A stretch of 64,000 bases of DNA from Anaerolineales bacterium. GTDB lineage: Bacteria > Chloroflexota > Anaerolineae > Anaerolineales > RBG-16-64-43. Positions 9,509 to 18,346 of this stretch are shown piece after piece; the stretch's first letter is position 1, and the number at the start of each line of letters is the position of its first letter. The notes beneath the pieces are model-generated. The model made no database searches, was not told the DNA's origin, and saw only the letters and a list, made by a program, of their open reading frames with translations. The stretch spans positions 4,016-68,015 of the forward strand of contig JBEKSY010000014.1 in assembly GCA_049516595.1 (NCBI GenBank), given 5' to 3'. Position numbers and translations under genes: made by a program.

Positions 9509-11911
9509 CTACAGCCGGTGGGCCTCTCGGGCGATGATCTCGTCCTGGATCTCCTTGCCCAATCCCACGAAATAAGCGTTGTAACCGGTGACCCGCACCA
9601 GCAGGTTGCGGTACTCATCGGGATGCTTCTGGGCCTCGCGCAGGGTGTTCGTGTCAATGACGTTTACCTGCAGACAGGTCCCGCCCACTTGGCCGTACGC
9701 GCGCAGGAGCCCCGCAATCTTCTCCCGCTGCTCGGGATCGCGCAGCAGGGAGGGGCTGAAGCTCATGGTGTGGCTCGCGCCGTTGGGGGCCGTTCTCAGA
9801 TCCAACTGCCCAACGCTCTTGATTACGGCGGTCGGTCCCCTGCGGTCTGCCCCGTTGACTGGGCACACCGCGTTCGAGAGGAACTGGCCGCGGCGGCGGC
9901 CGTCGGGTGTGGCGGCGGTCGCGGGGGCATAGGCGATCCAGTAGTTCCAGGAAAGGTAGCCGGCGCGATAACGCTTGCCGGTGGGAGCCGTGTGGCGGAA
10001 GGCTTCCTCCGTCCAGAAGCGGCTCACCTCGCGCGCCAGCTCGTCGGCTTCCGGGTCATCGTTGCCATACTTGGGGGCCTGATGGAGCAGCATCTGGCGC
10101 AGGCTCTCGTGCCCCTCGAAGTTGGCGCGCAGGGCGGCCAGGAGCTGAGACATTCCCAAGCGCCGATCCGCAAAAACCAGCTTGCGCACGGCGGCCAGGC
10201 TGTCGGCAGCGGTTGCCAGAGCGACCCCCTCCACCGTCAGGTAGCTAAAGCGGGCACCGCCGGCGTTCGCATCCCGGCCTGTTTCCAGGCAGCCGCCCAC
10301 CAGGGCGCTGACATAGGGCACGGGCTCCCAGCGCGCCCGCCCCGCATCCGCGAGGTTGTTCACGCGAATGATCCACCCCAGCAGGTGGCGGAGCTGCGTC
10401 AGGAAGGCCTGGCGGAAGTCGTCGAAGGAAGCGAAGGTTGTAGGGTCACCGGTGCGAGGGCCAATCTGGCGATCGGTTTGCATGTCGCGGCCATCATTCA
10501 GGGCGAGTTCCACGGCCTTCGCCAGATTCAGGTTGACGTCCACGGTCCCGGAGCGGTCGTCGCCCGCCAGGGTATTCTCCAGGCAACCCACCGGGGCGTA
10601 GTCCCACAGGCGGCCTTCGGGCAGCCCTTCCCAACGGAGTCCGGCGATCGCGTTTTCGTCGAAGTTGAGGAGAAAGGGCGAGCCCTGTGCCCCCGCCAGC
10701 ATTTCCACGATGCGCCGAAGCAGCCGATCCGGGGTGCGAGCGTGGAGGCGGATATTGGGCTTGGGCTCCAGCAGGTTAATCTCCTGGATGACCTCCAGCA
10801 TCAGGTAGGTGAGATCGTTTGAGGCGTCGTCCCCGTGCTCATCGGTCCCGCCGAGGGTGATCAGTTGACCAAAGGAGGAGTTGATGCCTTGACTTGTTCC
10901 TGTCCAGCCCTGGTAGTCGTAGACGTAGTTGTGCTTGATCCACCAGCATTCAAGCCACTCCTTGGCCTGGGCGCGCGTCAGGCGGCCTGCCACCAGGTCC
11001 GCCTGGTAGTAAGGTCGAAGGTACTGATCCACACGTCCTGGCGAGACCCCGGGGCCCGGATAGCTTTCCGCGGCGAGGAGCAGCATGTGGGTGGTCCAGA
11101 GCGCCTGCAGGGCTTCGGGGAAGGTTTCGGGCGGAAGCCAAGGGACCTTGCGCACGATGCGGGCGATTTCCCGAAGCTCTTCCCGGCGGGCCGGACTGGC
11201 TTCGCCCTGGGCCAATCGATCCGCTTCCGCGGCATATCGCTCGGTGAGCAGGCGCACCCCCTCAGCGCAAATGACGACGGCGCGGGCCTGGTCGCGCTGT
11301 TCGCGCGTGCTGGCCCGATCGTCAGCCATCGCTTGAGCCTCATCCCGAATTCCTTTCCAGCCGAGGCGCAGAGCCTTCGGGTAGTCGGGCACGAGATGAC
11401 CCGGCACGGCCGCGCAGTTTCCAACCCCCACGTCGTTGAGCGCGTGCCATTCTTTGAGGAACCTCTGCTCCTCCCGATCTCGGGCGCGGGCCTCTCCTTT
11501 CTTCAGGCAGCGAGAGAGGGCCGTGGAGAAATGGGAACCGACGATCAGCTCCCCTTCCAGAATCTGGACCGGCAGATCGTGGCTCACGACCTCACGGAAG
11601 AAAAGAGCTTGTCGCACGGCGAGCGGCTGCTCCCAGAATGCTGCTGGGAGTTGCACCCGCGCGGCCGCAGCCAGGAGATAGGACCGGAATCCTTTCTGGA
11701 ACAGGGCGACTTCTGGAACGTTCGTCCAGCTCCAGATCGAATAGACCATATCCCAGGGTGTGCCGGTGGTGTAGGACCGGACCTCGTTCGTATACTCCCG
11801 TTCGTAGAAGGACCAGAACTGGTCGCGCAGCTTCTTCACGCGGGGCGAGAGCGTGGGCGCGGCCGTCCATAGATCGGAAGGGGAAAGAGCGGCGCAGGAA
11901 TCCACAATCAT
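9509..11911 (-). CDS. glycyl radical enzyme (PFL2 / dehydratase-lyase type), substrate unknown
   Basis: 800 aa. The C-terminal glycyl-radical motif is RVTGYNAYF (Gly776, codon 9584-9586). The Cys loop is VGCLEN (Cys443, codon 10583-10585) with Glu two residues later, as in the GCVE loop of GRE eliminases. RBS GGAGGG lies upstream of the ATG at 11911. Confidence 0.92.
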   Translation of the reverse strand: MIVDSCAALSPSDLWTAAPTLSPRVKKLRDQFWSFYEREYTNEVRSYTTGTPWDMVYSIWSWTNVPEVALFQKGFRSYLLAAAARVQLPAAFWEQPLAVRQALFFREVVSHDLPVQILEGELIVGSHFSTALSRCLKKGEARARDREEQRFLKEWHALNDVGVGNCAAVPGHLVPDYPKALRLGWKGIRDEAQAMADDRASTREQRDQARAVVICAEGVRLLTERYAAEADRLAQGEASPARREELREIARIVRKVPWLPPETFPEALQALWTTHMLLLAAESYPGPGVSPGRVDQYLRPYYQADLVAGRLTRAQAKEWLECWWIKHNYVYDYQGWTGTSQGINSSFGQLITLGGTDEHGDDASNDLTYLMLEVIQEINLLEPKPNIRLHARTPDRLLRRIVEMLAGAQGSPFLLNFDENAIAGLRWEGLPEGRLWDYAPVGCLENTLAGDDRSGTVDVNLNLAKAVELALNDGRDMQTDRQIGPRTGDPTTFASFDDFRQAFLTQLRHLLGWIIRVNNLADAGRARWEPVPYVSALVGGCLETGRDANAGGARFSYLTVEGVALATAADSLAAVRKLVFADRRLGMSQLLAALRANFEGHESLRQMLLHQAPKYGNDDPEADELAREVSRFWTEEAFRHTAPTGKRYRAGYLSWNYWIAYAPATAATPDGRRRGQFLSNAVCPVNGADRRGPTAVIKSVGQLDLRTAPNGASHTMSFSPSLLRDPEQREKIAGLLRAYGQVGGTCLQVNVIDTNTLREAQKHPDEYRNLLVRVTGYNAYFVGLGKEIQDEIIAREAHRL

Positions 11912-12432
11912 CGGAATCCCTCCACGGATACTGAAACGGATCAGAGTGCGGCGGTTGCCGGGCGCCTGGCGTCAGCCTGCCCGCATTTCGTGATAAGAAT
12001 ACACCGAGGCCGGGCAGGAAGGTAGTGACGCGCATGACGGATTCGATCGCCGAGTGTCAGTCCGCACGCGGCAGGTCAAACCTGCGGGGAACGGCCCGTG
12101 ACGGTAGGTGCCTGCCGGCGCCAAGTCGGCCGTGGCAGGCAGAGCCGCCTTGGGTGGCATAGATCAGGCGCAAGACCCCCGCGAGGCATAACGCCGGACG
12201 ATGCCGGGCAGGCCGGGACCCCGTCGCGGAGGCCGGCAACTGGGATCCTCAGGGCGGCGTCGGTCACAGCCCACCCTGCCGCGGACGGCAAAGGCAAGTC
12301 GCCTGGCCGTGAGGAGGCGGGCATCGGCCTCAGGACTTCGCGGGTCTCCTGAACCCCCAGAAGGCTGCCGAGAAGATGGCCAGGGCGCGCTCCGAGCCCC
12401 GTCGGCCTTCGGACCCTCATCCAATCCGGTTT

Positions 12433-13107
12433 TCAGGCTGGCGGGATCTTGCCTGCCGCCCCGAATACGACGGGACCATGTCCCGGACAGATGATCTGGG
12501 CGCCCAGGGCCGCTTGCGTCCTCACCGAGCTGTCCGCCTGGGCCTGATCCCATGTGTTGGCCCCATGGGAGCCGCGCAGGCCGTCCTTTGTTGAGATGAT
12601 CGAGTCCCCCGAGAAGAGAATGCCGGTGGATTCCGAGAATAGGGAGACATGTCCCGGGGTGTGACCGGGGGTCGCGAGAACACGCAGGCCACCCAGGGCC
12701 TGCAGTTCCTGGGCGTCATTCAAGAATCCATCCACTTTCATGGGGGAGACCCTGACGAGCTGGCTGGTCAGCCGGAACAACAGCCTCAGCAGAGGATTCT
12801 TGGGCTTCAGCTCACGTGAGGAGTGTCCGGCCGCAATCGCCTCGGCTTCAATTGGGTGGGCATACACCTTGGCCCCGCTCGCGGACTTGAGAGCCGCAAG
12901 TCCACCGACGTGGTCAAAATCGGCGTGGGTAATCAAGATGCATTTCAGATCATCCGCGCGATGCCCCAAACTGGCGATGTAGCGCAGGATCTTCTTGTGG
13001 CTACCCGGCAAACCCGCGTCGACCAATGTCAGACCTTCTGGATCAGTAATCAGATAAGGGTTTGCAACGATCCCGGGAATGTGGTGCACGTTGCGAATGA
13101 CTTCCAT
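12433..13107 (-). CDS. MBL-fold metallo-hydrolase
   Basis: ITHADFDHVGG (HxHxDH-type metal motif) and later ATPGHTPGH. The start was trimmed to the ATG at 13107 (MEVIRNVHHIPG), preceded by AGGAGG. Confidence 0.85.
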   Translation of the reverse strand: MEVIRNVHHIPGIVANPYLITDPEGLTLVDAGLPGSHKKILRYIASLGHRADDLKCILITHADFDHVGGLAALKSASGAKVYAHPIEAEAIAAGHSSRELKPKNPLLRLLFRLTSQLVRVSPMKVDGFLNDAQELQALGGLRVLATPGHTPGHVSLFSESTGILFSGDSIISTKDGLRGSHGANTWDQAQADSSVRTQAALGAQIICPGHGPVVFGAAGKIPPA

Positions 13108-14107
13108 GGAATTCGGCCTCCTGTGCGGAGAATCACGGCGGAGATGTCGGCCGGTTCCAGGGATTTGAGGGGCGGTCTTGCCCCCTTGGGACCAGCCCTG
13201 CCGCATTGCTTGAGATGGATCGGCCCGGGCCCGGTAGACATGTCAGGCGATCCGGTCCCGGGCGGTGTTAAACCCATCCCACAAGCTCAATCGCGAACCG
13301 ATTGCGTTTCCCCCAATGCTGGAATTGTTGCTCCAACAAGAGATTCGGTCAACCGAAGGGTGGACGGGGAAGCGCTGGCCGAAGTCGAAGGCCGGTCCAA
13401 CGCTGGATCGGCTTGCCCCGGACTGAACGGGGAGATTCCTCGGTCAATTTGAGCGAGGTCCACCGTGTCTCTCCCTGAAGACAGGTCCAGGGTGGACGCG
13501 CGCAACGCAGGCCACATTGGAAGGACCTGGCGACGGTGCTTTCGCGGAGAGCCCACTTTGACATCGCCTACAATCCGGGATCGAAGCGCAAGGCAGATCA
13601 GGTCGAGGCCCTCGACGGGGGAAGATCGTCGTCTGCTGTCTGCTCCGCTAGCGCGGAAATGAGGGGAGTCCGTCCATTTCCGATCTCGCATGGAAGGGCA
13701 CGCCACTGCCGAGGTCGAGCCAACTAGGACAAAGTGCCAGCGGGCAACCGCCTTGCCGCCTAGGTTCGGTTTCGGCGAAACCGGGTGTCCGGAATAAGGA
13801 AGGCCACCCGCCTTGGGGTGGCCTTGCCATGCGTTTCTTGAGGGCAAAGGACATCGAGGGGGGTTCCGGGCCGCCTACCCAACCTGAAGCCGGGTGCGGT
13901 GGCCTGGTCCACGCGGGACACGTGCATCGGCCACGAGCTCCTCAATCCAAAGAACCCCGCGCTGCCTCGCGGTCTCTCTTATCGGCTCGCACAGACCTGC
14001 ATCGGCCTCCGACTGGGTCCAGGAAGGCTTCCCGACCCTAGGCGATCGCGACATCCCCCACAGTCTCCAGGGGGGATCCCGCCTCGAGCGTATTCCTCGA
14101 GCGCCGG

Positions 14108-14749
14108 TCAATCGCCTTTCGGCATGGTGCCGAAAACGTAATCCCAAAGTGGGAAAGTCACACCAAAGCGCATGAAATCGTAGCGCCCATGATGGCGCAG
14201 GTGGTGGTTGCGAATCGCCAGGAACGGACCCCTCTTGATCGCAGCATGATGAATGGCGTAGTGCATGAGATCATAGACCAGGTAGCCGCCCACGAAACCC
14301 GCAAAGACCGGGTCAAACCACGCTCGGGCACCGATCACCTGGACAATGAGGAGCTGGAAGAACCCATAGAAGATGATCGCCATGGGAAGGCTGACGGCCG
14401 GAGGCATCACCAACCGGGTGCGGCACATCGGCTGCGCATGATGGACGCCGTGCATAATGAAAACCAGCCTCTTCAGTCTCTCGCTCTTCGCGTGATAGTG
14501 AAAGACGAACCGGTGCATGACATACTCGACCAGTGTCCAGGCGAACCAACCGAGAAGAACCCCCAATGGGACGTACAGGAGCGACCCGCCGGGTGCTCTC
14601 TGCATCAGCGAGGAGGCGAGAAAGAAAACGACGATGGGTGTCCAGATCGCTGCGACGACCCATGGGCTGATGTGACTGAAGAACTCCAGGAAGTCCGAAC
14701 GGAAGAGACGGATCGGCTCTTCCCTGATTGAAGATCGATAGGCGCCCAC
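14108..14749 (-). CDS. fatty acid hydroxylase / sterol desaturase family membrane protein
   Basis: Histidine boxes HRFVFHYH, HGVHH and HYAIHH...HHLRHH within a polytopic membrane protein. The preferred start is the GTG at 14749 (AAGGAG 6 nt upstream) rather than the track TTG at 14806. Confidence 0.8.
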   Translation of the reverse strand: MGAYRSSIREEPIRLFRSDFLEFFSHISPWVVAAIWTPIVVFFLASSLMQRAPGGSLLYVPLGVLLGWFAWTLVEYVMHRFVFHYHAKSERLKRLVFIMHGVHHAQPMCRTRLVMPPAVSLPMAIIFYGFFQLLIVQVIGARAWFDPVFAGFVGGYLVYDLMHYAIHHAAIKRGPFLAIRNHHLRHHGRYDFMRFGVTFPLWDYVFGTMPKGD

Positions 14750-14792
14750 AGAGAACTCCTTTTCCTCGCACGCAGCGGTTATCCTTTTTGGA

Positions 14793-14798
14793 TTATAC
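14793..14798 (-). promoter_or_regulatory. candidate -10 box upstream of fatty acid hydroxylase gene
   Basis: A perfect TATAAT on the minus strand about 40 nt upstream of the AAGGAG-GTG start at 14749. No good -35 is present. Confidence 0.3.
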
Positions 14799-15085
14799 GA
14801 CTCCAATTAGCTACGGGGGAGGCAAAGAGCCTGGCTAGCCGATGGCCCCGGTTCTCCAGGGGAGCAGTTGCAAAGCGTGCAGGATCTGGCAGAGCGGAGA
14901 GGCTGGCAGGACGGGCCACGGGTGTGTGCTAGTACTCATCCTTCCCCGTATCACCCTAGAGTCCCTCGAACAATCTCAGCCCGCCTGTGGGCGCCGGAGG
15001 GGTGAGATATCTTGCGCAGGTTGACCGAGCGCCCTCCAGACCCTCGGAATGAGGGAGGCTCACATTGTGGGACTGCCCTCCCGCC

Positions 15086-15952
15086 TCATCCCCGCAGAAC
15101 CGCGACCAGTACGATCAGGGCGGCCAGCCCCCAGCGGTAATAGACGAACAGGTCGGTCGAGTGTCGCCGCAGGTAGAGCAGCAAGTAGCGGATGCAGAAG
15201 AAGCCGCTGATGGCTGCCGCAAGAACGCCGATTGGGAACAGGATCCATTCGGCGTGGCTGAAGCCCCCTCCCGCCTGCACCTGCTTGTAGATGTCCCAAA
15301 GGCTCTTGAGACCTGCACCCGCAATGATGGGAGCGCTCAGCAGAAAGGAGAAACGGGCAGCCGCCTCTCGCTCCAGCTGGACCCCCAGCCCTGCGGTGAT
15401 CGTGCTGCCGGAGCGGGAAACGCCGGGGAATATCGCAAACGCCTGGGCCACGCCGATCACCAGCGCATCCCGCAGCGACAAGGAATCCATTTTTCGCGTG
15501 TGCTTTGCCAGCCGTTCGGCGGCGAACAAGAACAGAGCCAGGAGGACAATGATGATGGCCATCACGATCATGGCGGATGCCTTGATGGGGGCATTCGGCT
15601 CGTGGAACACTTGCTCAATCTTGCTTTCTCCCAGGACCCCGGCGATCCCCCCCGGAATGCATCCAATGACCAGGAGCCACGCCAGGCGACGGTCCGGGTC
15701 CTTTCCGATCCGCCGCTCGACCAGGCTTGCCACCCCTGCCCGGATGAGGCGAACCCAATCGGAGGCGAAATAGACCAGTACCGCCAGGAGCGTCCCCAGG
15801 TGCAAGGCCACATCGAATTGAAGGCTGTCCAGGAGGGGGTCCTTCCAGCCAAAAAGCCAGGGGACAATGATGAGGTGGGCAGAACTCGAGATGGGCATGA
15901 ACTCGGTCAAACCTTGAACGATGCCAAGAATAGCGGCTTCTACGGCGATCAT
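15086..15952 (-). CDS. uppP: undecaprenyl-diphosphate phosphatase
   Basis: 288 aa with GIVQGLTEFMPISSSAHL... and a later PGVSRSG.TI motif, typical of BacA/UppP. Confidence 0.92.
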   Translation of the reverse strand: MIAVEAAILGIVQGLTEFMPISSSAHLIIVPWLFGWKDPLLDSLQFDVALHLGTLLAVLVYFASDWVRLIRAGVASLVERRIGKDPDRRLAWLLVIGCIPGGIAGVLGESKIEQVFHEPNAPIKASAMIVMAIIIVLLALFLFAAERLAKHTRKMDSLSLRDALVIGVAQAFAIFPGVSRSGSTITAGLGVQLEREAAARFSFLLSAPIIAGAGLKSLWDIYKQVQAGGGFSHAEWILFPIGVLAAAISGFFCIRYLLLYLRRHSTDLFVYYRWGLAALIVLVAVLRG

Positions 15953-16253
15953 GGCAGCGGCGCTCCATCGTCACGGATTTGTGGTCTTACGGGGCCATTC
16001 TACCCGCGTTTCTGCGCCGCGTGGCTCCCTGAAGTCCGGGCCCGGGAGCGTGCCCGGCGGGAACTCGCCAAGGTTGCCGGTCAGGATGCGCCACGAAATC
16101 GCCTCAAGCTTGCGGCCTCACTTCGGTCGGATTGAGGATCCTGCGCGTTGGATGGAAAGACCGACCTCGCCGGTTCCTGCTCTTTCCGGAAGGGCCTTGG
16201 CTCGCAGCCATTCGCCCTGCAGGGCAGCGGGGTTGGGGCGCGACAAACAAGGA

Positions 16254-16293
16254 GCCCACGCGCTTCTGGCGGTGGGCTCCTTTCAAAGTGGCG
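16254..16293 (-). terminator. intrinsic terminator downstream of serpin gene
   Basis: On the minus strand, an 11-bp perfect stem AAGGAGCCCAC / GTGGGCTCCTT with a 12-nt loop is followed by GTTTGT. It begins 10 nt after the serpin stop. Confidence 0.6.
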
Positions 16294-16302
16294 AGGGTGG
16301 GC

Positions 16303-17643
16303 TTAGCCGGTGGGGTCCAAGACTCGCCCCATGAAAAGAAGGCTTCCAGTCTGATCATCACGGATGAAGAAGATGAAGGGTCGGTCGACGGTGAAGATGA
16401 TTGGACCACCCGCTTCCGCCACACTCGCCTCCATGACTACCGCCGTGGCGGCTGCCGCCTCGGTGCCGTTCTCATCGACCGACACAAAGGCCTTGTGCAT
16501 CACGTTGCCGATGTACAGGTCGTGTTCCCCATCCATACCTGAGAAGTCGGCCCGGACCGGATCAAAGGCGTCTGTCATCCCCAGGGTTTTGAGCGTCTCG
16601 TTCAGATTGAAGGATGATTCGTAACTGAACTTCGGCAGGCTCAGGTCGACGGAGCCGTACTTCACGCTGCCGGCCAGGTCCGTGATCATGCCGGGATTCA
16701 GTTGCTGTTCGACCGATTGGAACTGACCCGAGTCCGGCAGAAGAATCCACATCGACAGGCTCCCGGTTTGGTAAGGGAGATCAATGGCCCTGTACCCGCT
16801 CATCAGCGCGTATCCAAACTTCCCCTTTTGGTTCATCATCGAGACCTTCACGGTCGAGCCATCCAATAGGTGGAAGGGTTCGGACTGGCTTGCTTTCTTG
16901 TCAAAGGAGCTCTGCCACCCGGCCTTGAAGTAGATGGCATTGGCCAGCACGAGACGCGTCAACGGGTCGATGGCACCGGCCGGGATCAAGTCAAGGATCT
17001 TCTGTTTGGTCTCATCGCTCACCCACTGGTTGATTGCCAGTCGAGCCGCCTCGGGGTTGGAAGTGAAATCCACCAGCCGCAATCCTGCCCCATAGTTCTC
17101 CGCGAGCAAGTCCAGAAAGTCGCTGCGGAACGGCAGGCTCTTTTGGCCCCAGAGGGAATTGGCAATGGTCAGCTCGAAGGGCGTACCTTCTTTCGAGGCC
17201 GCAGCGCGGCCCTGAAGGTCCTGCGAGTAGGCGTTGAAAGCCGGGTGCAGTGAGGATGGGGGAAGGGCAAAGTGCATGGTTCCGGCCATCTGGCTCGCGG
17301 TGTCTCCTTCGGCCCCGCCGAAGGTCATCGCGAGGGCGAGAGAGATGCTGTAGGGAGAAAGGAAGAGGTTCCCCTTTCCAGCGCGCAGCGATCGGTAAAG
17401 GTCGAAGGCGAACTGGGTATTTCCGGCTGCCAAAGCCCTGAGGTCCTCGGGTGGTACGGGCGGGTTCTTGGTGCGCGGCGCCTTCGACTGGGCGACCGCA
17501 ACGCTGGCAGGGCGAATATCTCCTGTCCCGGAAGGAATCGGCGTGCCGGCCGCCGGCGGGACAAAGGGCCTGGGTCCGCAACTGCTGGCTATTGTCAATG
17601 TGACGAGCGCGAGGGCAAATAGGGGTTGGCGGGTGTTTTTCAT
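16303..17643 (-). CDS. serpin family protein, probable lipoprotein
   Basis: Serpin core (NLFLSPYSISLALAMTFGGAEG) and an inhibitory-type hinge ENGTEAAAATAVVM...DRPFIFFIRD. The start was trimmed to the ATG at 17643 (GGAGGA RBS), giving the signal/lipobox MKNTRQPLFALALVTLTIASSC. Confidence 0.88.
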   Translation of the reverse strand: MKNTRQPLFALALVTLTIASSCGPRPFVPPAAGTPIPSGTGDIRPASVAVAQSKAPRTKNPPVPPEDLRALAAGNTQFAFDLYRSLRAGKGNLFLSPYSISLALAMTFGGAEGDTASQMAGTMHFALPPSSLHPAFNAYSQDLQGRAAASKEGTPFELTIANSLWGQKSLPFRSDFLDLLAENYGAGLRLVDFTSNPEAARLAINQWVSDETKQKILDLIPAGAIDPLTRLVLANAIYFKAGWQSSFDKKASQSEPFHLLDGSTVKVSMMNQKGKFGYALMSGYRAIDLPYQTGSLSMWILLPDSGQFQSVEQQLNPGMITDLAGSVKYGSVDLSLPKFSYESSFNLNETLKTLGMTDAFDPVRADFSGMDGEHDLYIGNVMHKAFVSVDENGTEAAAATAVVMEASVAEAGGPIIFTVDRPFIFFIRDDQTGSLLFMGRVLDPTG

Positions 17644-18031
17644 GGCGTCCTCCGCTTTAACACAGAGACGAGGCATTGTGCGAAAAGGTTCCCAACCGGG
17701 AACCACAGCCCTCCCCGTTTCTCCCGTCAGGGCGCCAAAGGGTGACGGTGGAGCTGGGGTCAAGGAGCGAGACGGAGAGGGAGCCAACGTGGGGTGGGCT
17801 GAAGGCTATGGACCGGGTCGTAACCAACCCCTCTGCGGTGGTGACCACCCAGGCACCCTCTATCTTGCCCTGATCCACCTGCCAGCGAGGAATCCAGCCC
17901 CGGGCGCGACATCACTTCCTGCGGCCTTGTAATCTAACTCTAAGGAAGGAGTTCATGGGACCGTCATCTTCTCATGGGAAACTGCAAAAGAAAGGACCGG
18001 AAGGCATCAGAGAGGCCCCGGGCCAGCGACG

Positions 18032-18047
18032 GAGGATCCGGATCCTC
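18032..18047. repeat. 16-bp perfect palindrome in serpin/HtrA divergent intergenic region
   Basis: GAGGATCCGGATCCTC reads identically on both strands. Confidence 0.9.
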
Positions 18048-18346
18048 GGAAAACTGGAACCCGGGACCCCGGGAGGGCAAGAAACTGGCCGCTGAAGGCC
18101 TCTTGCCGGTTCGACATCGCGGTCCGGGGAGGTCATGTTGATCGTTGTGCCATTCAACCGATTCTGCAGTCGTGACTCCACCTGGAGATCACGCTTTGTC
18201 TGAGAGGGGGGATCCCACATTGAGGAAACGATGCCTGCCGGTCGGCTGATCAAGTGAAGGACCGGCCCAATGGTTCGGAGAACCATCAGAGTCTCGGTAG
18301 ACACAAGGCTGGAAGGCTGAAACAGACATCCAAAGGAGAATCAAGA

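Noticed and set aside
9518-10822. Long antisense ORFs opposite recognised genes. Examples: 9518-10822(+), 59906-61738(+), 7474-8694(+), 15065-16135(+), 37310-38449(-), 33929-34945(-), 290-1204(-), 1571-2593(-).
   Set aside because: - They are R/P/G/A/H-rich with no recognisable motifs.
- They lie fully within, or overlap, CDSs with strong family signatures on the other strand.
- This is the expected stop-codon paucity of GC-rich DNA.
11912-12432. ZTP (pfl-motif) or other known riboswitch in the leaders of the two GRE loci (11912-12432 and 51600-51822).
   Set aside because: I could not find the conserved pfl-motif blocks or any other riboswitch core I recognise. Only generic GC hairpins are present. 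This needs a covariance-model scan to be sure.
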